A DNA stretch of 64,000 bases, taken from the NCBI GenBank assembly GCA_002104905.1, contig MCFE01000227.1, positions 58,436 to 122,435 of the forward strand, written 5' to 3'. Within the stretch, counting starts at the first letter, position 1. Each line of letters opens with the position of its first letter. Position numbers and translations under genes: made by a program. This stretch comes from Basidiobolus meristosporus CBS 931.73 (taxonomy: Eukaryota; Fungi; Basidiobolomycota). The notes beneath the pieces are model-generated. The model searched no databases, was not told the origin of the DNA, and saw only the letters and a list, made by a program, of their open reading frames with translations. This document shows positions 27,642-39,326 of the stretch, piece after piece.

Positions 27642-29290
27642 ATGCTAAGCCCGGTGAAGAATTGGTGGAAAAGAGTCGACTTGGACGACTTACTTGGGTA
27701 GGTTTTGGAACGCAGTGGTTTGGCTCGCACGCCACCCTTGGCACTGGTTAACTCCCATTTTCAGTTACGACACCTTCAAGGTGGTCCACGTTCGGGACCG
27801 GCGGTTAGGCTTCACTTTCCACGGTTTTCAGATCGCCATCTTCGCCTACATCATTTACTCGGTCATACACAACCAGCTTTATCTTAAAAAGGAGTCCCCG
27901 GTTCCAGGTATAGCCTCGCTGGACGGAAACCTTACGCCCCTAGCCAACCCCATTCTACCAAGCTAACGTTGTATTGACCGTGTCTAGGGGCGATCAGGGT
28001 GTCGCTGTTAGAGCCCACCGGTGAACTTCAAACCTCCCCATACTGCCAACAAAAACCGTGCGTCTTCTGGGGAGCGAACCAGATATTGTATGTGGAAGAG
28101 AGTTGAACGAGGAATTCCCAACCGGACTGATCCCCTTCCATTTAGATATGACCCTGGTGATCAGGGGGCCACTTTTCTGACCACCCGTATCTCCACCAAA
28201 GTGTTCCCAGCCAGAGAGGGGTGCGATTTTCAGCTGCCCACCAATGCCGCCTGCAGATACAATCTACAACCATCCACCGTCTCTCCCGAGTACTACATCA
28301 CGGACCTGGATCGATACACCGTACGCGAACTTCCCTCCATCTTTCTAGTCGCCCCTCGGAACTGATCTTTCCCTCCACACAGCTTATGATCGAGCATTCA
28401 GTTCGCGGCACCGCCACGGGCATCTCCATAAGAAACGGGGAGATGTCTGGCCGGCTGCTGATCACGAAGGCCAACAACCCGTATTACCAAAACGAGACCG
28501 AACTTCACTTCAGCCCCCAAACCCGGCCTCCGAGAGTTCCCGGGGACATCATTACCGTTGGGCAGCTCTTACGTGCCTCAGGAGCCGTACTGGATGGTAG
28601 GTGGAGTCCCCATGGTCGCTAATGGTCCCATGACTCACCGATTCGCACTAGCCCCCTCGGACGCACCAGGTGCGGATCAGGCCAAGGGAGAAACGTACCG
28701 TTCCTCCGGGATCGTGCTCAGCGTGGTGATCGAGTACGACAACGACGGGAGCACGAACTTCAAGTACTCCTACTCAGCAAATTACATCAAGGGAAACGAG
28801 TTCAAGGTCGAGGAAACCATATTCAACCCGACCGATGGATCCATCACCGAACTAAACCGACACGGGTAAGCGCGGTCCAGTCAGACCCACCTTCCACCAC
28901 CCTGATCCTCACCCAACCTCCTGTAGGATCCGGATCGTCTTTTCGCAGACGGGGAACATCGGGAAGTTCGACTTCATGTCCCTGCTGACGAACCTGGTGG
29001 CCTCGATAGCGCTCCTCAAGACGGCCACCTTGCTGGTGGAGATATTCATGCTGAAGTTCCTACCGCAGCGGAAGATGTACTACGAGGCGAAGTACGAGCT
29101 TACCGAGGATTTCGACGACCTTCGTAAACGTCGGAATGGAGAGGATATCGATTTGGAGGGTCGGAAAAAACCCACCACCCTTGGACCTGGTGTCGAGGTC
29201 ACCCAGCCCTCACCATGCCACACCCACTTCTCGGCGGAGCCCCTGGTCGAGCATAGAGATGACCACGTGGGCCCATCCAAAGCTGTGTGA
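27642..29290 (+). CDS. P2X: P2X receptor homolog (ATP-gated cation channel family), 7 exons, 421 aa
   Basis: Exons 27642-27697, 27765-27907, 27988-28087, 28146-28320, 28383-28596, 28652-28865, 28927-29290 join in frame with GT-AG introns. Motifs YDTFKVVHVRDRRLG, TM1, CVFW, FLTTR, RHGIRIVFSQTGNIGKFDF, TM2, YYEAK (YxxxK). Confidence 0.93.
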
Positions 29291-29665
29291 AGGAACGAGG
29301 AACCCGAGAAATTTTGACAATCATAATAACCCCACCCCAACCATGTATTCCGCACCTTAGAACCAGAACCCCTCCGAATAAATAGCTCTTTGACCCCTAT
29401 CTACGTCGTTCTCACCTTTTAGTACACCACCTGGTTCGTGTGATAGCAGTGCTGTTGAGGTGCCAGGAGGATTTCATAAGTAGGCAGTGGACCAGGCCCT
29501 TTACCCCTCGTCCCCTATCCAATCCTCATACGATACCATGTACATACAATGGGAATATATTAATTGGAATAGCATGTTTATTGGTATACATCTTTGCGAT
29601 CCATTGGAATGATTCAATCGGAGGCAGTACCAACAAATTACAATCAACCTATCCGGTGGCATGAC

Positions 29666-31195
29666 TCACTGCGCCCTCTTCAAGCAGATGTTCACATCGG
29701 CCTTGATGAGGCCAAGCACCTTGGCGCGTGCGACAATGTCATCGCACGACCACTTATCGGCGTCTCCCTTGGACCAGTCACTGGCTCCCTTCACCCCAAG
29801 GCAGACGTTCGCGCGGATTTTGAGTCCGAGGATGTTCAGGCGAGCCACGATGTCGTTGCACTCGTCGGAGTCGCTGTTCTCGTCGCCACCTAGTCTTCCA
29901 CCGCGGAGGGTATTCTTGAGGCAGATGTTGACGTCGGCCTTGATGAGACCAAGCACCTTGGCGCGTGCAACAATGTCATCGCACGACCACTTATCGGCAT
30001 CTCCCTTGGACCAGTCACTGGCTCCCTTGACTCCAAGGCAGACATTGGCATCCACTTTGAGGCCAAGCAGGCGAAGGCGAACCACGATGTCATCGCACTC
30101 GTTGTGCTCTCCATCGCCGCCACTTGGCCGTCCACCGCCGAGGACGTTCTTCAAGCAGATGTTGACGTCGGCCTTGATGAGACCAAGCACCTTGGCGCGT
30201 GCAACAATGTCATCGCACGACCACTTGTCGGCATCTACCTTGGACCAGCCACTGGCTCCCTTGATTCCAAGGCAGACGTTGGCGTCCACTTTGAGTCCAA
30301 GCAGGCGAAGACGAGCCACAATATCTTCACATTCATCGTAGTCTCCGTCACTGCCGCTGCTTGGCTGCACACCACCAAGGACATTCTTCAGGCAGACGTT
30401 GACATCGGCCTTGATCAGGCCAAGCACCTTGGCGCGTGCAACAATGTCATCGCATGACCACTTGTCGGCATCTCCCTTGGACCAGCCCCTGGCTCCCTTG
30501 ATTCCGAGGCAGACATTGGCGTCCACCTTGAGCCCAAGTAGGCGCAGGCGGGCCACGATATCGTCACACTCATTGTAGTCGCCATTATCGCCACCATGAC
30601 CATTCTCTGGAAGGATTGACACCAAGCCATCGTTGCTACCTAGTATCGGACCAAGACACACCTTGGCGTCAACCTTGATCCCAAGAAGGCGACCAACGCG
30701 GACAAGATCCTCGCATGACCACTTGGAATAATCGTCGTCATCGTCGTGCCCGTTGCTCAGCACCCCCTTCTCTATCTTCCTTCCGAGGCACACGTTCACG
30801 TTCGCCCGGACCTTCAGCAACTTGAGTCTGGCCACGATGCCGCGACATCTGCGCTCACTCTCCTCCTCGTCGTAATCATCACCACGTTTCTTCAATCCTC
30901 CAATACACACATTCGCGTCGACCTTCACCCCGAGGGCCCGAACTTTGGCCACCAAGGCATCACACAACAGATCAGCTGGATCGTACAGATCTGCCTCGTC
31001 GCTACCCCCATCTCCACCGGGACGACCCTCGCACAGGTCGAGCCCGAGGTTCGCGTGGTAACGGGTATTCAGATGGGATAACAAATCCTGGCAGTAATTC
31101 AATCCACCTGGGGGGACGTATCCTCTCTCCACGACCAAGCTGGATGCAAGAAGCGCACTGGACAGAACTAACAAAAGGCAGTTGGCGGAGAACAT
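29666..31195 (-). CDS. Secreted Cys-pair modular repeat protein A (509 aa from the ATG, 12 modules)
   Basis: Intronless ORF; hydrophobic signal peptide MFSANCLLLVLSSALLAS; alternating ECDDIVARLRLLGLKVDANVC and WSCDDIVARAKVLGLIKADVNIC modules; TATAAAA upstream. Confidence 0.88.
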   Translation of the reverse strand: MFSANCLLLVLSSALLASSLVVERGYVPPGGLNYCQDLLSHLNTRYHANLGLDLCEGRPGGDGGSDEADLYDPADLLCDALVAKVRALGVKVDANVCIGGLKKRGDDYDEEESERRCRGIVARLKLLKVRANVNVCLGRKIEKGVLSNGHDDDDDYSKWSCEDLVRVGRLLGIKVDAKVCLGPILGSNDGLVSILPENGHGGDNGDYNECDDIVARLRLLGLKVDANVCLGIKGARGWSKGDADKWSCDDIVARAKVLGLIKADVNVCLKNVLGGVQPSSGSDGDYDECEDIVARLRLLGLKVDANVCLGIKGASGWSKVDADKWSCDDIVARAKVLGLIKADVNICLKNVLGGGRPSGGDGEHNECDDIVVRLRLLGLKVDANVCLGVKGASDWSKGDADKWSCDDIVARAKVLGLIKADVNICLKNTLRGGRLGGDENSDSDECNDIVARLNILGLKIRANVCLGVKGASDWSKGDADKWSCDDIVARAKVLGLIKADVNICLKRAQ

Positions 31196-32299
31196 TTTGC
31201 ACAAGTCTATCGTCTAAGGCAGAGGCGGAGGCGGAGGAGGGGGAGGAGGATACGCTTGGTTGTTGTGTGAGGAATGAACCACCAGATGGCCGGGTTTTAT
31301 ACCGGACCCATCAGGCAACACCGCCCCTTAGCGCCGCGTCCAACATGACTCTAGATAATACCCGATTGGAATGCGGAGAAGCACCGATATGGTCTAGCAG
31401 AAAAGAGAGACTAATTGTCCAATGTGGCGTATCCCCTTGCTTTAATTTACCATTATCACCCAACCATTATCCTAACCACCATCGGGGTTTCAGATGGGCC
31501 ATTGGCTTTCCGGTATGGCCCACACACCCACGCACCTCCCTGATCATCACCGGACGAAGCCAAATGTGGGCTTCCAATGGATCTTGCATTAGACCAGACT
31601 CGGCTCAATGCTTATTGCCCGCTGTACACTTATGCAGAGGGAATTCATAGCCCCGATAATGCCACTTGACGCATCCCCCTGGTGTGACCGTCCCCAAGCT
31701 CCCAAACCGTGCCAGTCGGCGGGGAATCCAGCTGGTTAGAAATGAAGCGCATCGGTTGGTGGTGGGATGCGAGGTGATGCATATGGTGAATTAGGGACGG
31801 GGTCACGTTGGGTTCATGATGAAGAATCTCACGAAGCTTTCCAACTGCTGTACACCGCCGCCATGATCATGAGGGAGATGGCAATAGTCTGGATAATGGG
31901 GATCTTGATTTTCCCCTATTACCGGTGGAGTATGCATCCCTCCATTTGTACCGATGTGCCCTAGCACAGTGCATTAGTGTGGACCTCGGGGAGTTGGAAC
32001 GAATCCCATCTATATGATGCAAGTCACTTTAGTGATGAATGAGAAGCCTTTCCATTGTAAGTACGCTACATAATGAACGGCGATTATTTCATTTCTACTA
32101 GACCATATCGGTGCTTCCCCTCATTCCAATCGGGTGTTATCTAGAGTCATGTTGGACGCGGCGCTAAGGGGCGGTGTTGCCTGATGGGCCCGGTATAAAA
32201 CGCGGCCATCTGGTGGTCCATTCCTCACACAACAACCAAGCGTATCCTCCTCCCCCTCCTCCGCCTCCGCCTCTGCCTTAGACGATAGACTTGTGCAAA

Positions 32300-34048
32300 A
32301 TGTTCTCCGCCAACTGCCTTTTGTTAGTTCTGTCCAGTGCGCTTCTTGCATCCAGCTTGGTCGTGGAGAGAGGATACGTCCCCCCAGGTGGATTGAATTA
32401 CTGCCAGGATTTGTTATCCCATCTGAATACCCGTTACCACGCGAACCTCGGGCTCGACCTGTGCGAGGGTCGTCCCGGTGGAGATGGGGGTAGCGACGAG
32501 GCAGATCTGTACGATCCAGCTGATCTGTTGTGTGATGCCTTGGTGGCCAAAGTTCGGGCCCTCGGGGTGAAGGTCGACGCGAATGTGTGTATTGGAGGAT
32601 TGAAGAAACGTGGCGATGATTACGACGAGGAGGAGAGTGAGCGCAGATGTCGCGGCATCGTGGCCAGACTCAAGTTGCTGAAGGTCCGGGCGAACGCGAA
32701 CGTATGCCTCGGGAAGAAGTTGGAAAAGGGAGTGCTGAGCAACGGGCACGATGATGACGACGATTACTCCAAGTGGTCATGCGAGGATCTTGTCCGCGTT
32801 GGTCGCCTTCTTGGGATCAAGGTTGACGCCAAGGTGTGTCTTGGTCCGATACTAGGTAGCAACGATGGCTTGGTGTCAATCCTTCCAGAGAATGGTCATG
32901 GTGGCGATAATGGCGACTACAATGAGTGTGACGATATCGTGGCCCGCCTGCGCCTACTTGGGCTCAAGGTGGACGCCAATGTCTGCCTTGGAGTGAAAGG
33001 GGCCACTGACTGGTCCAAGAGAGATGCTGACAAGTGGTCATGCGATGACATTGTTGCACGCGCCAAGGTGCTTGGCCTGATCAAGGCCGATGTCAACGTC
33101 TGCCTGAAGAATGTCCTCGGTGGTGTGCAGCCAAGCAGCGGCAGTGACGGAGACTACGATGAATGTGAAGATATTGTGGCTCGTCTTCGCCTGCTTGGAC
33201 TCAAAGTGGACGCCAACGTCTGCCTTGGAATCAAGGGAGCCAGTGGATGGTCCAAGGGAGATGCCGACAAGTGGTCGTGCGATGACATTGTTGCACGCGC
33301 TAAGGTGCTTGGTCTCATCAAGGCCGACGTCAACATCTGCTTGAAGAACGTCCTCGGCGGTGGACGGCCAAGTGGCAGCGATGGAGAACACAACGAGTGC
33401 GATGACATCGTGGTTCGTCTCCGCCTGCTTGGTCTCAAAGTGGATGCCAATGTCTGCCTTGGGGTGAAGGGAGCCAGTGACTGGTCCAAGGGAGATGCTG
33501 ACAAGTGGTCGTGCGATGACATTGTTGCACGCGCCAAGGTGCTTGGTCTCATCAAGGCCGACGTCAACATCTGCTTGAAGAATGTCATCGGTGGTGGCCG
33601 GCCAGTTGGTGGTAATGATGGAGAGCACAGCGAGTGCGATGACATTGTAGTACGCCTTCGACTTCTTGGACTGAAGGTAGATGCCAACGTCTGTCTCGGA
33701 ATCAAGGGAACCGGAGATTGGAGCAAGTCACGTATCGAGAACTCCAAGTGTGAGGACATCGTCGCACATGCCAAAGTGCTCGGGATCATCAAGGCTGATG
33801 TAAACGTGTGCCTAAACAACGCCAGCCGCCCAGACCAAATTGCCGAACACTTCAACGAATGTGATACCATCGTGGCCAGACTTCGCGTACTCGGTATCCC
33901 TGTCGCCGCCAACATCTGCCTCAACATCAAGGTCGACGGCAAGCTCACCAAAGAGGAGATCGACAACATGAAGTGCGAGGAGATCACCGCTCACGCCAAA
34001 GCCCTTCACATCCTGAAGGCGGATGTCGAGGTGTGCCTTGTAAAATAG
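32300..34048 (+). CDS. Secreted Cys-pair modular repeat protein B (582 aa, 14 modules), inverted duplicate of A
   Basis: Intronless ORF nearly identical to A over the first ~430 aa, with more divergent distal modules; ~200 bp of promoter is also duplicated in inverted orientation. Confidence 0.88.
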   Translation: MFSANCLLLVLSSALLASSLVVERGYVPPGGLNYCQDLLSHLNTRYHANLGLDLCEGRPGGDGGSDEADLYDPADLLCDALVAKVRALGVKVDANVCIGGLKKRGDDYDEEESERRCRGIVARLKLLKVRANANVCLGKKLEKGVLSNGHDDDDDYSKWSCEDLVRVGRLLGIKVDAKVCLGPILGSNDGLVSILPENGHGGDNGDYNECDDIVARLRLLGLKVDANVCLGVKGATDWSKRDADKWSCDDIVARAKVLGLIKADVNVCLKNVLGGVQPSSGSDGDYDECEDIVARLRLLGLKVDANVCLGIKGASGWSKGDADKWSCDDIVARAKVLGLIKADVNICLKNVLGGGRPSGSDGEHNECDDIVVRLRLLGLKVDANVCLGVKGASDWSKGDADKWSCDDIVARAKVLGLIKADVNICLKNVIGGGRPVGGNDGEHSECDDIVVRLRLLGLKVDANVCLGIKGTGDWSKSRIENSKCEDIVAHAKVLGIIKADVNVCLNNASRPDQIAEHFNECDTIVARLRVLGIPVAANICLNIKVDGKLTKEEIDNMKCEEITAHAKALHILKADVEVCLVK

Positions 34049-34615
34049 ATGGGCCACCCAGCGCCCAGTCGATATCCTCCCTGGAAGGAAGCATATTCAG
34101 GGAGGGAGCAGGAATGTTTGCGATATAGCGAAACAATTTTACCACCTTCTTGTGATTTTGATTTTACTCGAATAGAACTTTCAAACTCATAAGATACCAT
34201 ACCAATAAAGGGCGAAGTTATCGTACACGAAGTGCCGCACCATCTCTTCATCCTAACCATACTCCCAAGGTGGCTTTTGTTATGTGGAATCTTGATAACC
34301 ATATACGTTGAGGCTATGGAGGGCTTAGGTTCCAATGTGATGGCCATTCCTGTCTGTGCAGTGCTACAGGTATCATCGATGGGGACTGTGAAACGAGAGA
34401 GCCCTGATGTGTCTTTCATGAAAGTGGTTTATTTTTGGTACTTCCTACGAATCCATGAAAAGAGATGGGGGAAAATCCGAGGGAGAGTATGCATGATGAA
34501 GATGATGTGAAGTGAATGTCATGAAGCGGAGCAATGTTTGAAGCGGAATTTACAGTGGATATGTTTCATTAAGCGTTGGAAAATCAGTACCTAAACATTC
34601 TCCTGGGTTTGATGC

Positions 34616-37104
34616 TTAGTTGTTAGCTTCAGCCATCTTGTTCAATGCAGAACCGGCCTTGAACCACTCGATTTGGTTCTCGTTGAAGGTGTGGTTGACG
34701 GGGATCTCGATCTTCTCGCCGGACTCGCGGGTGACGCGAAGGGTCAATGGCTTGCCGGGGGTGAAGGTGGTGAGACCGACGATGGACACCTTGTCGGAGG
34801 GCTTGATCTTCTCGTAGTCAGCGGGGTCAGCGAAGGTCAAGGGAAGAACACCTTGCTTCTTCAAGTTGGTCTCGTGAATACGAGCGAAGGACTTGGTAAT
34901 GACGGCGATACCACCCAAGTGACGAACTTCGAGGGCGGCGTGCTCGCGGGAAGAACCTTCACCGTAGTTCTCGTCACCGACGACGACCCAGCTGATGCCC
35001 TTGGCCTTGTAGTCTCTGGCAACGGCGGGAACGGCTCCGAATTCACCGGTCAAGACGTTCTTGATGTTGTTGGCTTCTCCGTTCTCGGAGTTAATGGCAC
35101 CGATCAACATGTTGTTAGAGATGTTGTCCAAGTGACCACGGTACTTGAGCCAGGGACCGGCCATAGAGATGTGATCAGTGGTGCACTTGCCCTTGACCTT
35201 GATCAAGACGGGAAGATCTTCGGCGTCCTGGCCGTTCCACTTGGCGAAAGGCTCAAGGATTTGAAGTCTGTTACTCTCGGGGGATACCTCAACCTTGACG
35301 GTGGAGCGGTCCTCAGGGGGGGCTTGGTAGGTGTTCTCACCAGCGTCGTAACCGCGAGGGGGAAGTTCGGCACCGTGGGGAGGAGTGAACTTGAACTTCT
35401 TGCCGTCGGCACCAGTAAGCTCATCAGTGATGGGGTTGAAGCAAAGGTCACCGGCGAAGGACATGGCAGTGACGAGCTCAGGGGAAGCAACGAAAGCGTG
35501 GGTGGCAGGGTTACCGTCGTTACGTCCGGTGAAGTTTCTGTTGTAGGAGGTGATGATGGAGTTCTTGTCACCCTTCTTGATGTCTTGACGATCCCATTGA
35601 CCGATGCAAGGACCGCAGGCGTTGGCGAGAACGACACCACCGGCCTTGTCGAAGACCTCCATTTGTCCGTCACGCTCGATGGTGGCACGGATTTGCTCGG
35701 AACCAGGGGTGATGGTGAACTTGGACTTGACTTGGAGTCCGTGGTCAAGAGCCTCTTGGGCAAGGGAGGCGGAGCGGGACATATCTTCATAGGAAGAGTT
35801 GGTGCAGGAGCCGATGAGACCGACCTTCAATTCACTGGGCCAGTTGTTCTTCTTGACGGTTTCGGCGAACTTGCTCAAGGGAGTGGCAAGATCGGGAGTG
35901 AAGGGTCCGTTGATGTGTGGCTCCAATTCGGAAAGGTTGATCTCGATGACGTGATCGTATTTGGCACCCTCATCAGCACGGAGGTTGTGGGCGAACTCCT
36001 CAGAAGACTTGGCGATGTGAGGACGGCTGGTGGCACGGAGGTAGTCACCCATACGCTTGTTGAAGGGGAACACGGAGGTAGTGGCACCGATTTCGGCACC
36101 CATGTTACAGATGGTAGCCATACCAGTGCAAGACAAGCTCTCAACACCAGGGCCGAAGTATTCGACAATAGCACCAGTTCCTCCCTTGACGGTCAAGATA
36201 CCAGCAACCTTCAAGATGACATCCTTGGCGGAGGTCCAACCGCTGATTTGGCCGGTGAGCTTAACACCAATGACCTTGGGGCACTTGAGTTCCCATGGGA
36301 TGTCGGCCATGACGTCAACAGCATCGGCACCACCAACACCGATAGCGCACATACCCAAACCACCAGCGTTGGGGGTATGGGAGTCAGTACCGATCATGAG
36401 ACCACCGGGGAAAGCATAGTTCTCGAGGATGATTTGATGGATAATGCCGGATCCTGGCTTCCAGAAACCAAGACCGTACTTGGCGGTGGCGCTGGCCAAG
36501 AAGTCGTAGACTTCCTTGTTGATGTCCTTGGCCCTGGCCAAATCCTTGGGGCCACCCAACTGAGCCTCGATCAAGTGATCGCAGTGAACGGTGGAGGGGA
36601 CGGCAACTGTGGGAAGACCAGCGGAGATGAATTGAAGAAGAGCCATTTGGGCGGTGGCATCTTGGCAAGCAACACGATCAGGTCTGAGCTTGAGGTAGGA
36701 GGAACCACGCTCGATGTCTTGGTTCTTGGCATCGTCCAAGTGACCGTAGATAATCTTCTCAGCAAGAGTAAGGGGATGGTTCAAACTGTAGAGCAACCGT
36801 TAGTACGAATGTAGCAGGGATCCAGTTCAACCAGGGTACTTACCGATCTCTGATGATGGCCAAGTTGTCCTCAATTCTTTGGTAGTTGATGTACTTGTCC
36901 TTCTCCAAGTTGGAGATGGACACCTTTTGAGGAGCAACACCACCGGTAGCGGTAGCTAAGCCTCTGGCAGAGACTGCCTTGCGTACAATAGGAGAGAAGT
37001 TCTACAGGAGAAAAATCGGCGGTGGTTAGACTCGGGGGGTATGCAACAGAGAGGAGGCATTGAATTGAACATACTCTAGAAGCACGACTGAAAGTAGACA
37101 TCAT
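34616..37104 (-). CDS. ACO1: Mitochondrial aconitate hydratase, 3 exons, 785 aa
   Basis: Exons 37104-37075, 37001-36844, 36785-34616; Arg/Ser-rich presequence; [26 protein letters not shown] and NACGPCIG Fe-S ligands, GSSREHAA. Confidence 0.97.
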
Positions 37105-38495
37105 CTTCGTTGGATGATGAAAGAGAAGCAGACAGGGTTGTCGGAAATGAGTGTGGGGTGTGGCTATTTGTAGGTTTTTCGAGATGCTTTCGTTCCACCA
37201 ATCAGCAGATCGTTGGAAAAATTTTAAATCCTCATTATCTATGGATAAGACCGATTGATACCCGGGTAAAATAGCATCAACTCAACCATCGTCACGCGGC
37301 ACGGTAACGTCGCTCTAAAGAGCAGATAAACCTGATTGTCAACATACGTACTACAATACCCAATGGCATATTTCTGGTGTGAATGCACAGGGATTCTGCC
37401 GTCCGTGGCTACAGGATTGTCATTCCACTGAGCCAGTTGTGATTAACTTGTGCGCCCCGAAGGTCAGCTGCAGCAGGTATATTATTCACCTTCAAATTCG
37501 GGTCATTTAGCGAGGTGGTGTCTGGCAAGTGAATGCACGTGCTGACGAAAACGAAATTTCGATTACTTAATAGCCAGTGTTGACACACACCTCAAAACGG
37601 AAGGGGTTAAGAAAAATTAGCACTTAACCCCTTCCTATTCGGATGCTGGAGCAGCGAGCCAATCAACAGCCTCCAAACCGGATGCCCATTTCCATCAAAA
37701 TGCTCTGTTTCTCCGCGCCTTAATAGGTTAAATATATATTGTATCCAGAGTCACAGGATGGTAATACCTAACGAATCCTAGTGGCTTTGAGCATTCCCCT
37801 CCCCCAAAACCACGCCACCTTCCCCCAGAAAATTCTGCTTGCATTATTTTCCACTCACCCACCCATGCTTGCTTTCATGCCCGCTAGGCCAGCGCCGAAA
37901 GTCTGGTAGAGAGTAGTGAAGTGTGTCGGATGTGACGTACCGTTATTTGATGATTTCCATTTGGCACTGTGAGAATGGATGCTCGGATAAATTCGTCTGA
38001 CACTTATTTCATCGGTGCCCCATAAATTTCACTACATTACGTCGGGATATGGTCTCGGGCTTCTAATTTGACAGCTCATTTATTGAGGCCCAACTGTCAA
38101 ATCTGTCACCGTAATCGGCTTTCGATTTGGTTTGACCACATTATTCGCTTTCCGAGACTCGGCTTTCGTTCTTTTCTATGCGCCGATTCTACGTCGACCG
38201 ATGTTGGGCTTTCCTCTGCTCCTTAGTGGTTGGTACCACTAGGATACTCTGTTGAGCCCTCTTTCGGTAGTGTAACATGTAGTTGCTTTATTGGATACCG
38301 TTGAGCCCGGATTCGCTTTCTCTGTCCTTTTGTTCGGCTAAATCAATTGCGCTTAGCCTCCATTTATTTTTTACCAACCGCGACCGTAGGAAGATTCATG
38401 GAATTACGTATTTCTGTATCATTGTGCGTATCTTTATTCAGGGTGTTTATCTTTATCCAAGGTATGCTAGCTATACACCGGTAACTCGGGCATCT

Positions 38496-39326
38496 TTAAG
38501 TGAATACAACTGGTTTGTCCATGCATGCCACACGCTTGATTGGTACCTGATGCTCCTCAAGTTTGCTTGCCACTTTGTTGCACAATTCTGGATCACCACG
38601 ACCAGTTGCTTTCGAAGCGTCGAGCGAGTCGCTCTCTCCGACGCATCTCCAGGTCTGTGGCGAGAATCCTTCCGCAGTTAGTACCTGCTTGACAAGGTCG
38701 CACTTATTGATGGTCTTGGTGACCTTGTCTGTAGGATCAGCACGCTTTCTGAATTCTCTTCTCGCTTTTGTCCGCTTCTCGCAGACATTTCGATCGATTC
38801 GCACCCCCAGAATGTTCAATTGCCGAATTAGTCCATTGCAGTCATATTGTGATAGGTCATCTTCTGGGGCGTGAGTGCCACCTAGCAAAGGCTTGACCGG
38901 GTCGAGGGCGACACTGACACACACACTTACCAAGGGCTTGTGCGTGTATTGCTGAAGTCTTTGGATGATGTCTTCACACCGGTCCTTGTACTTGCCCTTC
39001 ACCTCGTCGAGAGTGCCGACACCATTCTTGTCTACCGAACAGACATGTTCATCAACAAGGACATCTCGCTCTCGAAGATCCTTCAGAAGTTCGTGGCAAC
39101 CAAGACTGCTTGGGTCGGGTAATTCAGTCTCCCCAGCACTGCTGTCAGGAATGTTGAGGCATTTCTCCAGGGGAAGCTCGGCTTTGTACCGAGTGTTGAG
39201 GTGAGACACCAGATCCTGGCAGTAGTTCAACCCGACTGGGGGAGTGTACCCTCTCTCCACTACGTAGCCCGAGGCTAGAAGAGCACTGGACAATACGAAC
39301 AACAGGTTGTTGATTGAAAGCGTCAT
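38496..39326 (-). CDS. Secreted Cys-pair modular protein C1 (276 aa, 6 modules)
   Basis: Signal peptide and VVERGYTPPVGLNYCQDLVSHLNTRY shared with A/B; six C-x(18-20)-C units; TATAAATA upstream. Confidence 0.85.
   Translation of the reverse strand: MTLSINNLLFVLSSALLASGYVVERGYTPPVGLNYCQDLVSHLNTRYKAELPLEKCLNIPDSSAGETELPDPSSLGCHELLKDLRERDVLVDEHVCSVDKNGVGTLDEVKGKYKDRCEDIIQRLQQYTHKPLVSVCVSVALDPVKPLLGGTHAPEDDLSQYDCNGLIRQLNILGVRIDRNVCEKRTKARREFRKRADPTDKVTKTINKCDLVKQVLTAEGFSPQTWRCVGESDSLDASKATGRGDPELCNKVASKLEEHQVPIKRVACMDKPVVFT

Noticed and set aside
29661-33987. Repetitive antisense ORFs (226, 196, 277 aa)
   Set aside because: Shadows of the modular repeat genes; no signal peptides or independent support.
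29666-34048. Repeat genes as classic Kex2 repeat-peptide (RiPP) precursors or a CRISPR-like array
   Set aside because: Most repeats lack dibasic sites, no tailoring enzymes are adjacent, and the repeats are in-frame coding units without unique spacers.
34673-36814. 713-aa ORF on the + strand
   Set aside because: Exact antisense shadow of aconitase, explained by biased codon usage; no recognisable motifs.
37945-38005. Possible C/D snoRNA (TGATGA...CTGA)
   Set aside because: Weak terminal stem, short, and no recognisable rRNA guide.
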